Part shown: positions 52,800-64,000 of the stretch, piece after piece
Layout of the letters: the number at the start of each line of letters is the position of its first letter
How positions within the stretch are numbered: the stretch's first letter is position 1
NCBI RefSeq assembly: GCF_004010195.1
Contig: NC_057751.1
Span: forward strand, 18,073,325 to 18,137,324
Length of the DNA: 64,000 bases
Source of the DNA: Chiloscyllium plagiosum
Taxonomy: Eukaryota
Reading direction: 5' to 3'
The notes under the pieces: model-generated
Told to the model about the DNA's origin: nothing
The model's database searches: none
Seen by the model: the letters and a program-made list of their open reading frames with translations, nothing else
Translations under genes and position numbers: made by a program

Positions 52800-54890
52800 C
52801 TCGACCATTCTGTTAACAACCAGGACAAAACTACAAAGAATCACACCAGAAAGCAACAACACTCCAAGATTTTGAGAATTACCAAAAGTACACAAACCAG
52901 ACATACGACTGAGAAACATTTTGGCACCCTGAGGAACGCCATCGCTTAAAATGGTGAAATAACTGCAAAAAAAACCTCAAACATCTTATTAGCAGATCCA
53001 AACACTGCATACGATCATCAAAAGGATTCCAAGACAATATCAAAAATAAAAACATAGACAACGAAGAACCAATGGTCTCATTTGACGTAACGGCTCTGTT
53101 CAGTTCAACTGAGAAATCTCTGGGCAGAGAGATGTCGTACAATCTCCTGGACAAGCCGAACGATCAGGAAGACGGGGAACCTATCAACAAGTCTGTACGC
53201 TCAAACTTCTGAACTGTGCTTGACGACACACTTCACATTCAAATACCAAACATATGAGCGGATAAATGGGATCTTTGTCATTTACACAAATGATTTAGAT
53301 GCGAGCATAAGAGGTACTGTTTGTAAGTTTGCAGATGACAACAAAATTGGAGGTGTAGTGGACAGCGAAGAAGGTTACTCAAATTACAACAGGATCTTGA
53401 TCAGATTGGCCAATGGGCCTAGACGTGGCATATAGTTTTTAATGTGATAAATGCAAGGTGCTGCATTTTGGAAAAGCAAATCTTAGCAGGACTTATACAC
53501 TTAATGGTAAGTTCCGAGAGATTGTTGCTGACCAAAGTGACCTTGGAGTGCAGATTCATAGCTCCTTAAAAGTGGAGTCAGAGATAGATAGGATAGCGAA
53601 GAAGGCATTTCGTATGCTTTCTTTTATTGGTCAGAGTATTGAGTAAATGGTGTGGGAGGTCATGTTGCGGATGTACAGAATATTAGCTAAGCCACTGTGT
53701 GAATATTGCGTGCAATTCTGTTCTCCTTCCAATCGGAAAGATGTTATGAAACTTGAAAGAGTTCAGAAAAGATTTACAAGGATTTTGCAAGGGTTGGAGG
53801 ATTTGAGCTATGGGTAGAGCCTGGACAGTCTGGGGCTGTTTTCCCTGGAGCGTCGGAGGCTGTGGGTTTGACATTATAGAGGTTTACAAAATTATGAGGG
53901 GCATGGACAGGATAAATAGACAAAGACTTTTCCCTGGGGTCTGGGAGTCCAGAACTCGAGACCATAGGTTTAGGATGAGCATGGAAAGATATAAAAGAGA
54001 CCAAAGGGGCAACATTTTCACGTAGAGGGTGGTACGTGTATGCAATGAGCTGCCAGAGGATGGTACAATTACGACATGCAAAAGGCAATTGAATGGGTAT
54101 TTGAACAGGAAGGGTGTGGAGGGATATGGTCCCGGTGCTGGCAGGTGGGACTAGATTGGGTTGGGATATCTGGTCAGCATGGACGGGTTGGACCGAAGGG
54201 TCTATTTCCATGCTGTTCATCACTATGACTCTAAGACTCTCTAAGTCCAATGGGCTCACCCATCTATGGGCTGCAGCAGAAGCAGTAATATCCAGACTGT
54301 AACAAGCAGCCCTCCCATAATTCCAGCCCAAACTATGGATCAAATACAAAGATGACACTTTTGTCATCATTAAGAGAACAGAAATTGAGAACACACATCT
54401 GATTATCAACACCACGCTCACAGGGATCAGAGTTACAAGAGAGGATGAAACCAGCAATCAATTCCCATTCCTGGCGTGATGTCCGAAACAACACAGAATG
54501 GTGATGGAATCACAAACGTATACAGGAAAGCCACACATACACCGACCAGGTCCGGAATTACAACTGCAAACACCCAAACACACATGGGAGAAGCAGTATT
54601 GGGACCCTGCTCAAAAGGATTACAACATACTCCAGCTCTCCTGACTTACGATATGAAGAAGAAGACCACCTCTGCTGACTCTCTACCAAGAACGAATATC
54701 GCTGCAACTTTATCTGCCGTTACCTAAAAGACAAACAAAGCCACGAGGATATGCCAGGACCCAAAATACTAGCCGTGCCACCTTACAAAATGAAAAGGCC
54801 CTGGAACTGACAGCCAGATTTCTCCAGCCTCTGGGATTCATGATAGCCCATGAACCGACAACCACGCTCAGCCAAGAACTCACCAGAGCA
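52800..54890 (+). mobile_element. Penelope-like RT fragment interrupted by a CR1
   Basis: PKVHKPDI...MVSFDVTALFSS...TYERING | PMGSPI...KLWIKYKDDTFVI...TREDETSNQFPFL...VYRKATHT. Confidence 0.85.
53270..54243 (+). mobile_element. CR1 3' fragment nested in the Penelope RT
   Basis: IFVIYTNDLD...KFADDNKIGGVVDSEEG...EYCVQF, with an atgactct tail. Confidence 0.9.
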
Positions 54891-56679
54891 AACTACAGTG
54901 GGCCATTTGAGACTGAGACAAGTATAAACGTCTTCACCCAGAAAAGAATATGATAATATGCGAATATAAAAAAAAATCATCTGCAGCCCCACTGGATTAA
55001 CTCAATTGTTCACAGATGTATATTGTTGCTTACAAAATGTAAGGAGCATAAGTATGCTTGACTCTTATAATTGATGAGATTTAATCAATATATTTTAGTG
55101 ACAATATGAAAAAAATCAGAAAGACAAGTTAATTAACTCAAGCTAACTCGAGATACTAGAAATAAGTACATTAGAGATATAAACAGGAGTAGGCTATTCA
55201 GTCCTTCGTGACTGCTATGTCATTCAATATAATCCTGGCTGATCATTCAACTCAGTCCCATGTTCCCTGATTTTCCCCATTACGCTTTGATCTCTAAGAC
55301 TGCATGAAGTGCATTTCACTCCGTCTCCAAGACATACAAAGTTGTGACCTCAACTTGTGTGGCAGAAATTTCCACAGGCTCCCCAATTCCTGGTAAAGAT
55401 GTTTGTTCTCATGTCAGTCATAAATGACCTAAATTGGTTCAGAGAAAGAGAGAGAGATAGAGAGTATGAAATTGGCTGGAGGGTTTCGACCGCTGTTGTG
55501 GAAGAAACAAAGTCTGGTATTCTAAAGAACACTCAGGGTAGATGAAAGCAATTACTTAGTGAGAAAATCCGGAGGAACTGAAGGCTACGGATGATGTGTT
55601 CAAGCATCAGTGTTAATACACATGGGCCCAGGAAAGAGACGGTAACATAGCAATACCACCCAACAAATGGAGGTACTCGTCAAAACGAACCAAATCGAGC
55701 TGTGATCGCTGAACAAGAAATTTTCAAGTGGAGTCAAGGTTTACAATGACGGTCGGGAGGGTTGGATGCGGTACAAGGTTGAGCAAGGTTGCCGTTGATA
55801 ATAAAAGTGTAGAACCTGCATGCCTAATATTACTGGCAAGAATCAAATGAGCTGCTAACTATATGAGGAAAAGCAAACCCACCCCTATCCTTGAGGTTCA
55901 AAAGATTCAATTGTTCCATAATGGAAACACATATGCTCATGTGGAAACCAGACTACATCGGTTAGGAAAGGATATTTCCTCTTGAGGGGAAATCTAGCAC
56001 TGGGATCAGTACTCGGTCTTTTATTCTAGTGCACAGTTTCTTCAAAAGGTATTGGATGCAGAATCTTCCAACATTTCCACGGCAAATTCTCAATGGCAAT
56101 TGCAATGAAATACCACCAGTTTATGCAGGAGCACAGAGTTGAGGTACAGATTAGATCAGACACGATCTTTTTGAATTCTGGAGCAAGGATCAAATAGCCA
56201 AGTGGCCTCCTCTTGTTCCTCGCTTGTGTATTTGTGAGACAATCGTGAGAAAAGTCTTTACGTTGATTGAAATGTTTCTTTTTTGTTGGAAAAAGAGATG
56301 ACATTAAAATGCATTAATTGTTACGAGTGCATTGTCCAACTCCAATGAATAAAATCAATGGCTCACCATGACACAAACCAAGTTGCAAATATAAAAAAGT
56401 ATGAACTATCAAGTTTGCAGCATATTCAGTACCACTGAATACCCATAACGGACGGGCAGGTTTCTTTCAGTGAATGAAGCAACTCATTTAACGGTTGGAA
56501 TGGGGGTGCTGGTAGTGGAAGGCTGTCATAGCAGTATTTCAGTTTATCGATATTCAAAACAATCAGGATGGAACTACTGTCTTTCCCTGTCTTCGTACTC
56601 CCCACATCCCTCATCTCTCCTTCTGGCAATCTTTTATTGATCCGGAGCTTCTGAACATGTATGTGGTACATGACCCATT

Positions 56680-57620
56680 GACTCAGTTTCTCTACCACTC
56701 TCCGCAAATGCTGTCAGATCTGCTGAGTTTGTTCAGCAAATGCTGCCTTCTCTTCAGGTCTTCAGCTGTTCTCTGTAATGTTTTGACTTGGCAAAGGACT
56801 GGTCTGAATTTCGAAAATAAACACGGTTGGTTCAGTTCAATTGCACTGGAAGGGCGATGGGAATGATTGAGGCAGGATCTCTGAACGGGGTGCTCGAGAA
56901 AACAATCCCCCGTGAGCAGATTTCCCTCCTGCATAGCCATCGAGAGATTGGCACCCACGGGAACAATTTCCACTTAGATAAAATAACACGAGTGAGAACT
57001 GCACATCGGACCTCTCTAATATCTGTGCCACCCTCCCCTCCCCCAGAGAATCATAAACGATTGCAGAAAATGTCACCCTCTCCTGTCATGTTTCACAAAC
57101 CTGCCCCAAATAGGTACAAATATATACACCCACACGCATTTGCTCTGGTATAGACTGACTGCCCCCCTGCATGGAAATGCCAAATCGTTGCCCAATTCTC
57201 AGCCGAGTTTTGTACGAATTCCACCATCATGCTCCGTATCAAGGAGGTCTGGCACGTGACACCAACCCCATCCACTTCCAGGCGAATACTGCCCTTGGCA
57301 AAACCGTGGTGATTGTGAGTGGCAACTGGCAACTGATTGAGCCATCTGTGCCATCTGTGCATATTCAATTGTCAGGATCATCTCTCTCACAAACACACAG
57401 ATCCAGCATAGCCGCTTTCTGAAACAAAAACGGAAATCATTATCCTTCTGAGGAGGTCTGATTGGAGCCGTCATGTTGACTCTGCCTCTCTCTCTCTCAC
57501 TCTCTCTCTGTCTCTATCTGTCCCTCTCTCACACACATACTCATATATACACGCTCTCTGTCTCTTTCCCCACAGAACTGCTGAGTTGTCTCCGTCTTTT
57601 CATATTTCCGGAATGTTCTA
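56680..57620 (+). mobile_element. Highly decayed Penelope-like fragments
   Basis: Penelope-type tails (gctgtcagatctgctgagtt; cacagaactgctgagtt) and PCHGN-like GIY-YIG remnants. Confidence 0.4.
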
Positions 57621-57851
57621 TTTTCACTTTCTCATCAAATCACTTCCTGACTCCCTCGAAATTACAAACTGGTTCTTTCCCCGTACGTCAAGGCATGGGG
57701 TGGCTCAGAATTTGGATGCTTAAATTCCTCTTAGCTGTTGGCCAGCTGTAGGAAAAGGGCAACGTTATGCAAAGGGCAGAGAACCAAGTGTTCACGGACA
57801 GTTGAAAGAGTCGGAGGTGGGTTGGGGGAAGTCTGAGGGTTGAGTGGGCTG

Positions 57852-57970
57852 CTCGTGTTGCCCAGCCTCGCGTATCCAACAACGTGGCGCTGCCATCTTT
57901 GGACTGGATGTACGACGCCTCACATCAGGGAGCCAAGCGTGCCACAGTCTCATGTATTATCGAGGAGAAG
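57852..57970 (-). pseudogene. HK2: Terminal coding exon of a hexokinase-2-like pseudogene
   Basis: FSSIIHETVARLAP*CEASYIQSKDGS[deletion and frameshift]CWIREAGQH, versus recalled HK2 [47 protein letters not shown]. The acceptor is mutated (cat instead of cag). Confidence 0.8.
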
Positions 57971-58179
57971 ATGTGAATTGAGAAGAGGAGATCAGATTGC
58001 GATGGTTCCCAGATCACAACCCAAATGCATGCATCAGTTGAGGAAACCCAGAGGCCAAATCGGAGAAGGATTCAGCCATTCGGCCCTCTCTCAAACCTAT
58101 CCCGTCACAATGTATCGACTAACTCACCTCCTGACACGACAAAGTCGATCCATCTTCGAAAAGGGATGGGTCAGTAGTG

Positions 58180-58680
58180 TGAGTGAATACTCCACACTTG
58201 TCTGGATGGTTGCAGCTCTAACAAAACTTCATACCATTCAGAACAAGACCACTTGATTGTTTGGCATCACATCTATAAACATCCACTCCCTTCACCACTG
58301 GCACTCAGTAGCAGCAGTGTGTACTACCTACAAGAGGCGCTGTAGCAATTCACCAAAGATCCTCAGTCAACACCATCCAAATCCACGCCCAATTCTACCT
58401 AGAAGGAAAAGGACAGCAGATACTTTGAAACACCAACACCTGCAAATTCCCTCCATGTCAGTCACCATCCTGATTTAGAAATATATCGCTGTCCATCACA
58501 GTCGTTTAGTTAAAATCTTGGATTTTCCTTCCTACCAGCATTGTGGGACAATCCACAGCAGGCGGACTGCACTGATTCAAGAAGGCAGCTCACCACCACC
58601 TTCCCAAGGGCAAATAGCGATGGGCCATGAATGCTGACCAGCCAGCGACGCCCAAGTCCCACAAATGAATGAAAAAAAAA
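58180..58680 (+). mobile_element. CR1/L2-superfamily LINE 3' fragment (distinct family)
   Basis: EYSTLVWMVAA...IQNK...NIHSLHHWHSVAAVCTTYK, ending gaatgaaaaaaaaa. Confidence 0.65.
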
Positions 58681-59842
58681 TCACTTGGATTGTTACGATG
58701 TCCCTCAGCTTACTTAGCTTCAGGGGTGATGCCTGGAGACATGCTGGGAGCCACCAAGACTGGGAAACAGTTTCTGAATCACGGTAAAACCCTTCCCCCC
58801 ACCGTGACTGAAGTCCAGCTTTGAACCCGAACGTTCACAAATCGATTCAATTGGAGGTACTCAACGGGGAGAGGGGAATGGGGTGTAGTGAAGATGGCAG
58901 CCAATCTTCTAATGACACGGGATCAAATCCCCACCCAGCCCTTCGAATAGAATGTCGAACCAATTGAAACATTTGGGATACAAACAAAGTCTCAGTTGCG
59001 ATGACTGCTGAATAGGTCATCAATTGATATAACAATCCAATCATGTTGCCTCTTTCGGAACAGAAATTCGCCAGTCTTTCCTGGTGTGGCCCAGACATGA
59101 CTCCAGACCCACACCGCTGAGAGAAGGGCGTGGATGTTTCTCATATCCCAGCCACAAGTGTCTGTGGAAATCCTTCCCCTAGACAGTAGTTGTTTGGGGA
59201 GAAGACCAAATGGAGAGAAACCAAGGACGCAAACAGTGTCATAGAGGCCTACAAAACACGAAAAGAAACTTGGGCCCATCTAGTCTGTGCCAACCATCTT
59301 ACAATTTCAAACACCGTTTCTGCAGGATGTGGCACAGAGCTTTGGCATTACGAGTGAAAAAATAAATCTTCCTACAATGTGATAAGTATTTCTGCTTCTC
59401 CTCCCGTCTCTTTACAGGCACAGAGTTCCAGATTCCCAACCAGCCTCTGTGGAAAAACATTTTTCCTCACTCTTACCACGTCCCCCGGTCAATAACTGAT
59501 CCCTTCACCAATGGGAAAAAAACCCTTCCTGTGTATCCCTTCGATACCCCTTAAAATTTTATCCGTCTCAGTTATATCCCCTTTCACATTCCTCTTCTGG
59601 AAGGTAAACAAGCCTCCAGTCTGTCTTAGTGTATCTTCAAGAACTGAAACTCTCCAGCCCTCATGAGGCAACATCCTAGTAAATCTCCCTCTCCTCCCCC
59701 ACCGCCGCACTATCATATTACTCCTGTCATCTGGATTCTATATCTGCTCAGAGAACTTTCACTGTGTGGCCTCAATGACGTTGTGCACATTTCCCAGCCA
59801 AACTCTCCTGGCTCTAAAACTCTACGCATCAGTTAATGAAGG

Positions 59843-60389
59843 AGAAATTGAGGACTGCAGATGCTGGAGATCAGAGCTGAAAATATATCACCCGGAACAA
59901 CCAACTCAACCACCCCGTGGCTCAAAACTTCAACTCCCCCTCCCACTCCACCAAGGACATGCAGGTCCTTGGATTCCTCCATCTCCAGACCATAGCAACA
60001 CGACAGCTGGAGGAAGAGCGCCACATCTTCCGCCTAGGAACCCTCCAACCACAAGGCATGAACTCAGGTTTCTCCAGTTTCCTCATTTCCCCTCCCCCAC
60101 CTTGTCTCAGTCCCAACCCTCGAACTCAGCACCACCTTCCTAACCTGCAATCTTTTCTTCCTAACCTCTCCACCCCCAACCCCACTCCGGCCTATTATCC
60201 TCACCTTAACCTCCTTCCACATATCGCATTTCCAACGCCCCTCCCCCAAGTCCCTCATCCCTACCTTTTGTCTTTGCCTGCTTGGCAGACTCTCCTCATT
60301 CCTGAAAAAGGACTCATGACCGAAACGTCGATTCTCCTGCTCCTTGGATCCTACCTGACCTGCTGCGCTTTTCCAGCAACACATTTTCA
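59843..60389 (+). mobile_element. Penelope-like 3' fragment (GIY-YIG C-terminus plus terminal repeat) with a 17-bp TSD, inserted in a minus-strand CR1
   Basis: PVAQNFNSPSHS...RQLEEERHIFRLGTLQPQGMN. Short inverted terminus at 59850-59883. Hammerhead remnant ctgaaaaa-ggactcatgacc-gaaacgtc at 60302-60329. gcatcagt(t/a)aatgaagg at 59826-59842 and 60390-60406. Confidence 0.85.
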
Positions 60390-61139
60390 GCATCAGTAAA
60401 TGAAGGCAAGTATCCCATAATTCCTCTGAACAACATTATCCCGCAGTCCCACTATCTTAATGGACGGCTGTACATGTACACATTGCACAGCTCCCTCTTC
60501 CCCTCAGTGCTTTTCGTTTTCCTATCTTCCATGATGTAGTCCCTTGACGATTTTGAATGAAAACTACTCTACTTTTGGCTGGGTGGATGGGACATTTCCC
60601 ACAGCTCTGATGGCAACTGTGCACCAAGAAGTAGCATCGAATATAGACACCACCGAAATAGACTTAACATGTCACCTGAGAGAGATATGCAGTGTCAGGC
60701 TGTTCCATCCCAGTCTGCACTCTAAAGCAAAGAGAGGAGCACCAAAATCTCAAGGATTACGTTCCAGGAGTTTAAATAGACAATGCAAAATACATTAGCA
60801 GCGCCAGAGCATATCCATTACATCGTCAATTTTATAAAACCACTCACCCTGCAAGTCTCCTAATTCCCCCCTTCAATTCGGACATTCAACCTTGAATATT
60901 ATAGTCTCCTCCACAAAGCTCCCTTTGTAAATACTTACACCCTGCTCCTCTCAGTTTTATACGTGGATCTGCTTTGACTATTGTGGACGGTACGAGATGC
61001 AGAGATCTCATGGGAAGGGTTTCTCAGTGTTCACCCTCTCGAACGATTTGGAAAATATTGACCAAATCGACCTCCTGGATCTGATCACCCTGGCATTATT
61101 GGAATAAAAGTTCAACATCAGAGGAACATGTTTTCATAA

Positions 61140-61905
61140 ATGGCTGAGCAATGGCAGATGGAGTTTAATGCAAATAAATGCAAGCAACTGCATTGTGAGA
61201 AGACAAACCAGCGCAGGACTTACGTAGGTAATGGTAGGGCACTGGGGAGTGTAGATGAACAGATGTACCTCGTGCTTCAGGGACATAGTTCTTTAAAATG
61301 GCATAACAGGTAGACAGAATGGTGAAGAAGTAGTTTGGCACACTTGCATCATTAATCAGTGTATTGGGAAGCAGAGTTGGAGTATCATGCTGCGGACATT
61401 CGTAAGGCTAGTTTTAGATAATTTTATAGTTATGGTCGGCCTGCTAGAGACTGACATCATTAACCTGGAAAAGGTGTAAAATATTTATAAGCATGTTACT
61501 TATTCTGGAGGGTTTGAGTTATTGAGAGAGGCTGGGTAGGCTGGGAACTTTATTCCCTGGATCGTCGGAGGTTGAAATTTATAAAGCCATGTGGGACAAG
61601 GATAGGGTTAACAAGCAAAGACCTTATTCCAGGGTATCAGAAAACAAAAGTAGAATGGGCGCAGGTTGTCGTTGAGAGGGGAGAGATTTATAAGAGACTG
61701 AGGAGCACCTTTTTTTCATGCAGAGGATGATGCGTATATAGTATCAGCTGCCAGAGGAAGTGGTGGAGGAGGGAACAATTACAACATTTAAAAAACAAAT
61801 GGATGGATATGCAAAGAGGATCGGTTAAGAGGAATATGGGTCAAATGCAATCAAGGCTATTTAGCATGGCCGAAGTATTTGTTGCTGTCCTGTGCAACTC
61901 CGTGA
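61140..61905 (+). mobile_element. Degenerate CR1 3' fragment
   Basis: KWAEQWQMEFNANKCK...LH start and typical ORF2 C-terminus remnants. Confidence 0.75.
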
Positions 61906-62282
61906 CAGGGCAGTGAATAAAGGATACACTGCCCTTCGCTGTATTAACAGGCGGTCAGGCCCAGTCATATATATATATAAAATTAATAATGGGTGATTAA
62001 ATAGCCAAAGTGTCAACTCTGGTCTCATTTGCTTCCCGCAAATACTGAGTTTCTCTCACGTTTCCTGGCTTTGTTTCAGAATTCCAGCATTCTGCTGTTG
62101 TGAATTTGAATTGAAAATCGCTTGGCTGTTGGCAGCATGGAATTCGAACTTCTGTCCCTCCAAGCCGAGACCCAGGATTACCAAGGACATGAACATTCCT
62201 CACCCACCAACACCACTTACACTGGGCTCTCTGCCACCTAATCCTACGAACAGAGGTGGTGACTTACTCAAAGCGGACTCGC

Positions 62283-62566
62283 TGTGGATGCAGTTTATAA
62301 CGAGTGCCGTCCATTTCCATGGTGACCCAGAGACGTTCCAGATTCCTGTTCTCCCGAATCCTGTCCACCACGACACCGATCCTGCACTACAGATCTGGGC
62401 AGCCCAGTACAATAACACGCCGCACGCATCCTTGACAATCATGCTGCCATCACAAGCTTTTGCAGCATCGTTTGGACATACAAGGTCTAGTGATCACTTT
62501 CTGAAGTTGATGAGGATGTTGCGGATGATTTCAATAACGTACATGCTGCTTATCATCTTCTCACAC
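62283..62566 (-). pseudogene. HK2: Hexokinase-2-like chimeric exon: duplicated 5' half of exon 16 fused to exon 17
   Basis: cag|CEKMISSMYVIEIIRNILINFRK joined to SDH*TLYVQTMLQKL...[25 protein letters not shown] / [30 protein letters not shown]|gcgagt (decayed donor at the canonical boundary). Confidence 0.85.
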
Positions 62567-62641
62567 CTGCTGCAGTGAGGTCATATGGCTGAAAATGTGA
62601 ACAGAACAGGAAGGGCGTCTGATCATCAACTGCATTTCAAA

Positions 62642-62813
62642 TCAATATCCACATTTGCCAATATCCAGATTCGTCAATATCAACATTCGTCAATATTCAC
62701 GTTCGTCAACATCAATATTGATCAATAGCCACATTCGTCAGTATCTACTTTCGTCAATATCCACATTCGTCAATATTCATATTCCGCAATATCAACTTTC
62801 CTCAATATCAACA
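62642..62813 (+). repeat. 15-bp minisatellite (caatatccacattcgt-like), about 11 degenerate copies
   Basis: Directly visible. Confidence 0.9.
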
Positions 62814-62819
62814 TGATTG

Positions 62820-63190
62820 GTGCATGCGTGCGTGTGTGTGTGGGTGTGTGTGTGGGTGTGAGTGACAGAGAGAGAGAGGTAGAAAGTGAAGGAGAGAGAG
62901 AGAAAGGCTTAGACAAGGAGAAAGCAAGGAAGAAAGGAGACAGAGAGAAACGGAGAGAGGTCGAGTTAGAGAGAGACAGACTGACAGAGACAAGAGATAG
63001 AGACAAGGGATATGGAGATAGAGAGAGAGAGACATGCATAGAGTTATGGAGCGAGAGACACAAGACATATGGACAGAAAAAGAGAGAGAGATATAGAGTG
63101 AGAGACAGAGACACTGAGAGATAGGGAGAGAGATGGACGGAAAGAAAGAGCATGAGAGAGAGGCAGAGACAGATGGGCCGACTGATAGAT
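62820..63190. repeat. (GT)n and (GA)-rich low-complexity tract
   Basis: Directly visible. Confidence 0.9.
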
Positions 63191-63479
63191 CGATAAATCC
63201 TCAATTCAATCTATACCACTTAATAAGTTCCCGATCTTATTTAAGGGACAGTGGGAGCCGGGATGAGGGTGGAGAGCAACTTTCAATGTTTGCCAGAGAC
63301 CCATGGTCGTTGTGAGCTGGTTCATGGAGTGTTAGTTTCAGGAGGAAATGGGGAAGGGATGAGATGGTTTGTAACTCAGGTACAGCAGGACGTCACTCAG
63401 CCCATTGCTCCTCTGTGGCGCTGCGCCCGGCAATCTGGTCAATTCCACTCCGACCCCACTCCACTCCTCAGGAACTCAG

Positions 63480-63634
63480 TTCTCAGTCTGAAACAGGAAC
63501 ATCGTCTGGAAATGGCGCTGGTCATGTGCCTCTCTGAGATCCGGGCTCGAAACAACAACCCCCACTTACTGAAATTGATGAGGATTTTGCGGATGATTTT
63601 ACCAACGTACATGCTGCTCATCATCTTCTCGCAC
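63480..63634 (-). pseudogene. HK2: Hexokinase-2-like exon 16 equivalent, frameshifted
   Basis: cag|[50 protein letters not shown]|ctgagt, versus recalled HK2 [51 protein letters not shown]. 155 nt, consistent with the recalled 156-nt exon minus 1 nt. The donor is mutated. Confidence 0.85.
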
Positions 63635-64000
63635 CTGCTGCAGCAAGGTCATATGGGTGAACATGGGAACAGACAGAACAGCATGAGTAGGCCAATCTGT
63701 CCTTCTAATTTGCTGCGTCGTGCAATCACGTCATAGGTCTGATCATCCAATTCAGTCAGTGCTGTGCTCTGCTACCTTTCGTGGATCCCTTTATCTCTAT
63801 GAACTGTATGCAACTGCTTCTTGAAAGCAATACGTTCTGTGGCAGATACTTACACAGGCTCCCACATTGTCTGGGTGAAGATATTTCTCCTCATCTCAGA
63901 TCCACCCGATCTCCGTAGACTCTGACCGCCTGGTTCTGGATTCACTTGGTCATCAGGAACATCCTTTCCACTGTCTAGGCCGTGTTAGAATTTAATAGGT

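Noticed and set aside
53774..54457. 227-aa minus-strand ORF
   Set aside because: It is antisense across a CR1/Penelope junction.
54900..56600. Expected second GPCR copy after the segmental duplicate
   Set aside because: No GPCR motifs (DRFVAIC, NTFIY, ESRRRS) were found by eye on either strand.
62111..63736. Plus-strand ORFs sharing LKLMR...[12 protein letters not shown], which looks like a TM helix
   Set aside because: They are the antisense of the duplicated hexokinase exon.

Overview
Eukaryotic, AT-rich, very repeat-dense vertebrate DNA. HE1-type V-SINEs, CR1-type LINEs and the GPCR family point to an elasmobranch (shark or ray); this assignment is inference. Most ORF-track calls are transposon fragments or noise. 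Host-gene content: (1) a two-exon GPR139/GPR142-like class A GPCR on the minus strand (exon 1 35700-35634, exon 2 30418-29508) whose only visible lesion is one in-frame TAG; (2) decayed, intron-separated exons of a hexokinase-2-like pseudogene on the minus strand (63634-57852), of which the ORF track captures only fragments. Mobile DNA: Gmr1-type Gypsy LTR retrotransposons (PR-IN-RT-RH order) and solo LTRs, one near full-length CR1 LINE with an esterase ORF1, many CR1 and Rex1/Babar fragments, and Penelope-like elements. Several short Penelope-derived inserts are self-complementary, have 10-17 bp target-site duplications and carry minimal hammerhead-ribozyme-like cores. An old ~7 kb segmental duplication (about 21.7-28.7 kb vs 45.7-52.8 kb) flanks the GPCR. 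All alignments and identity estimates were made by eye, and family names come from recalled motifs rather than database searches.
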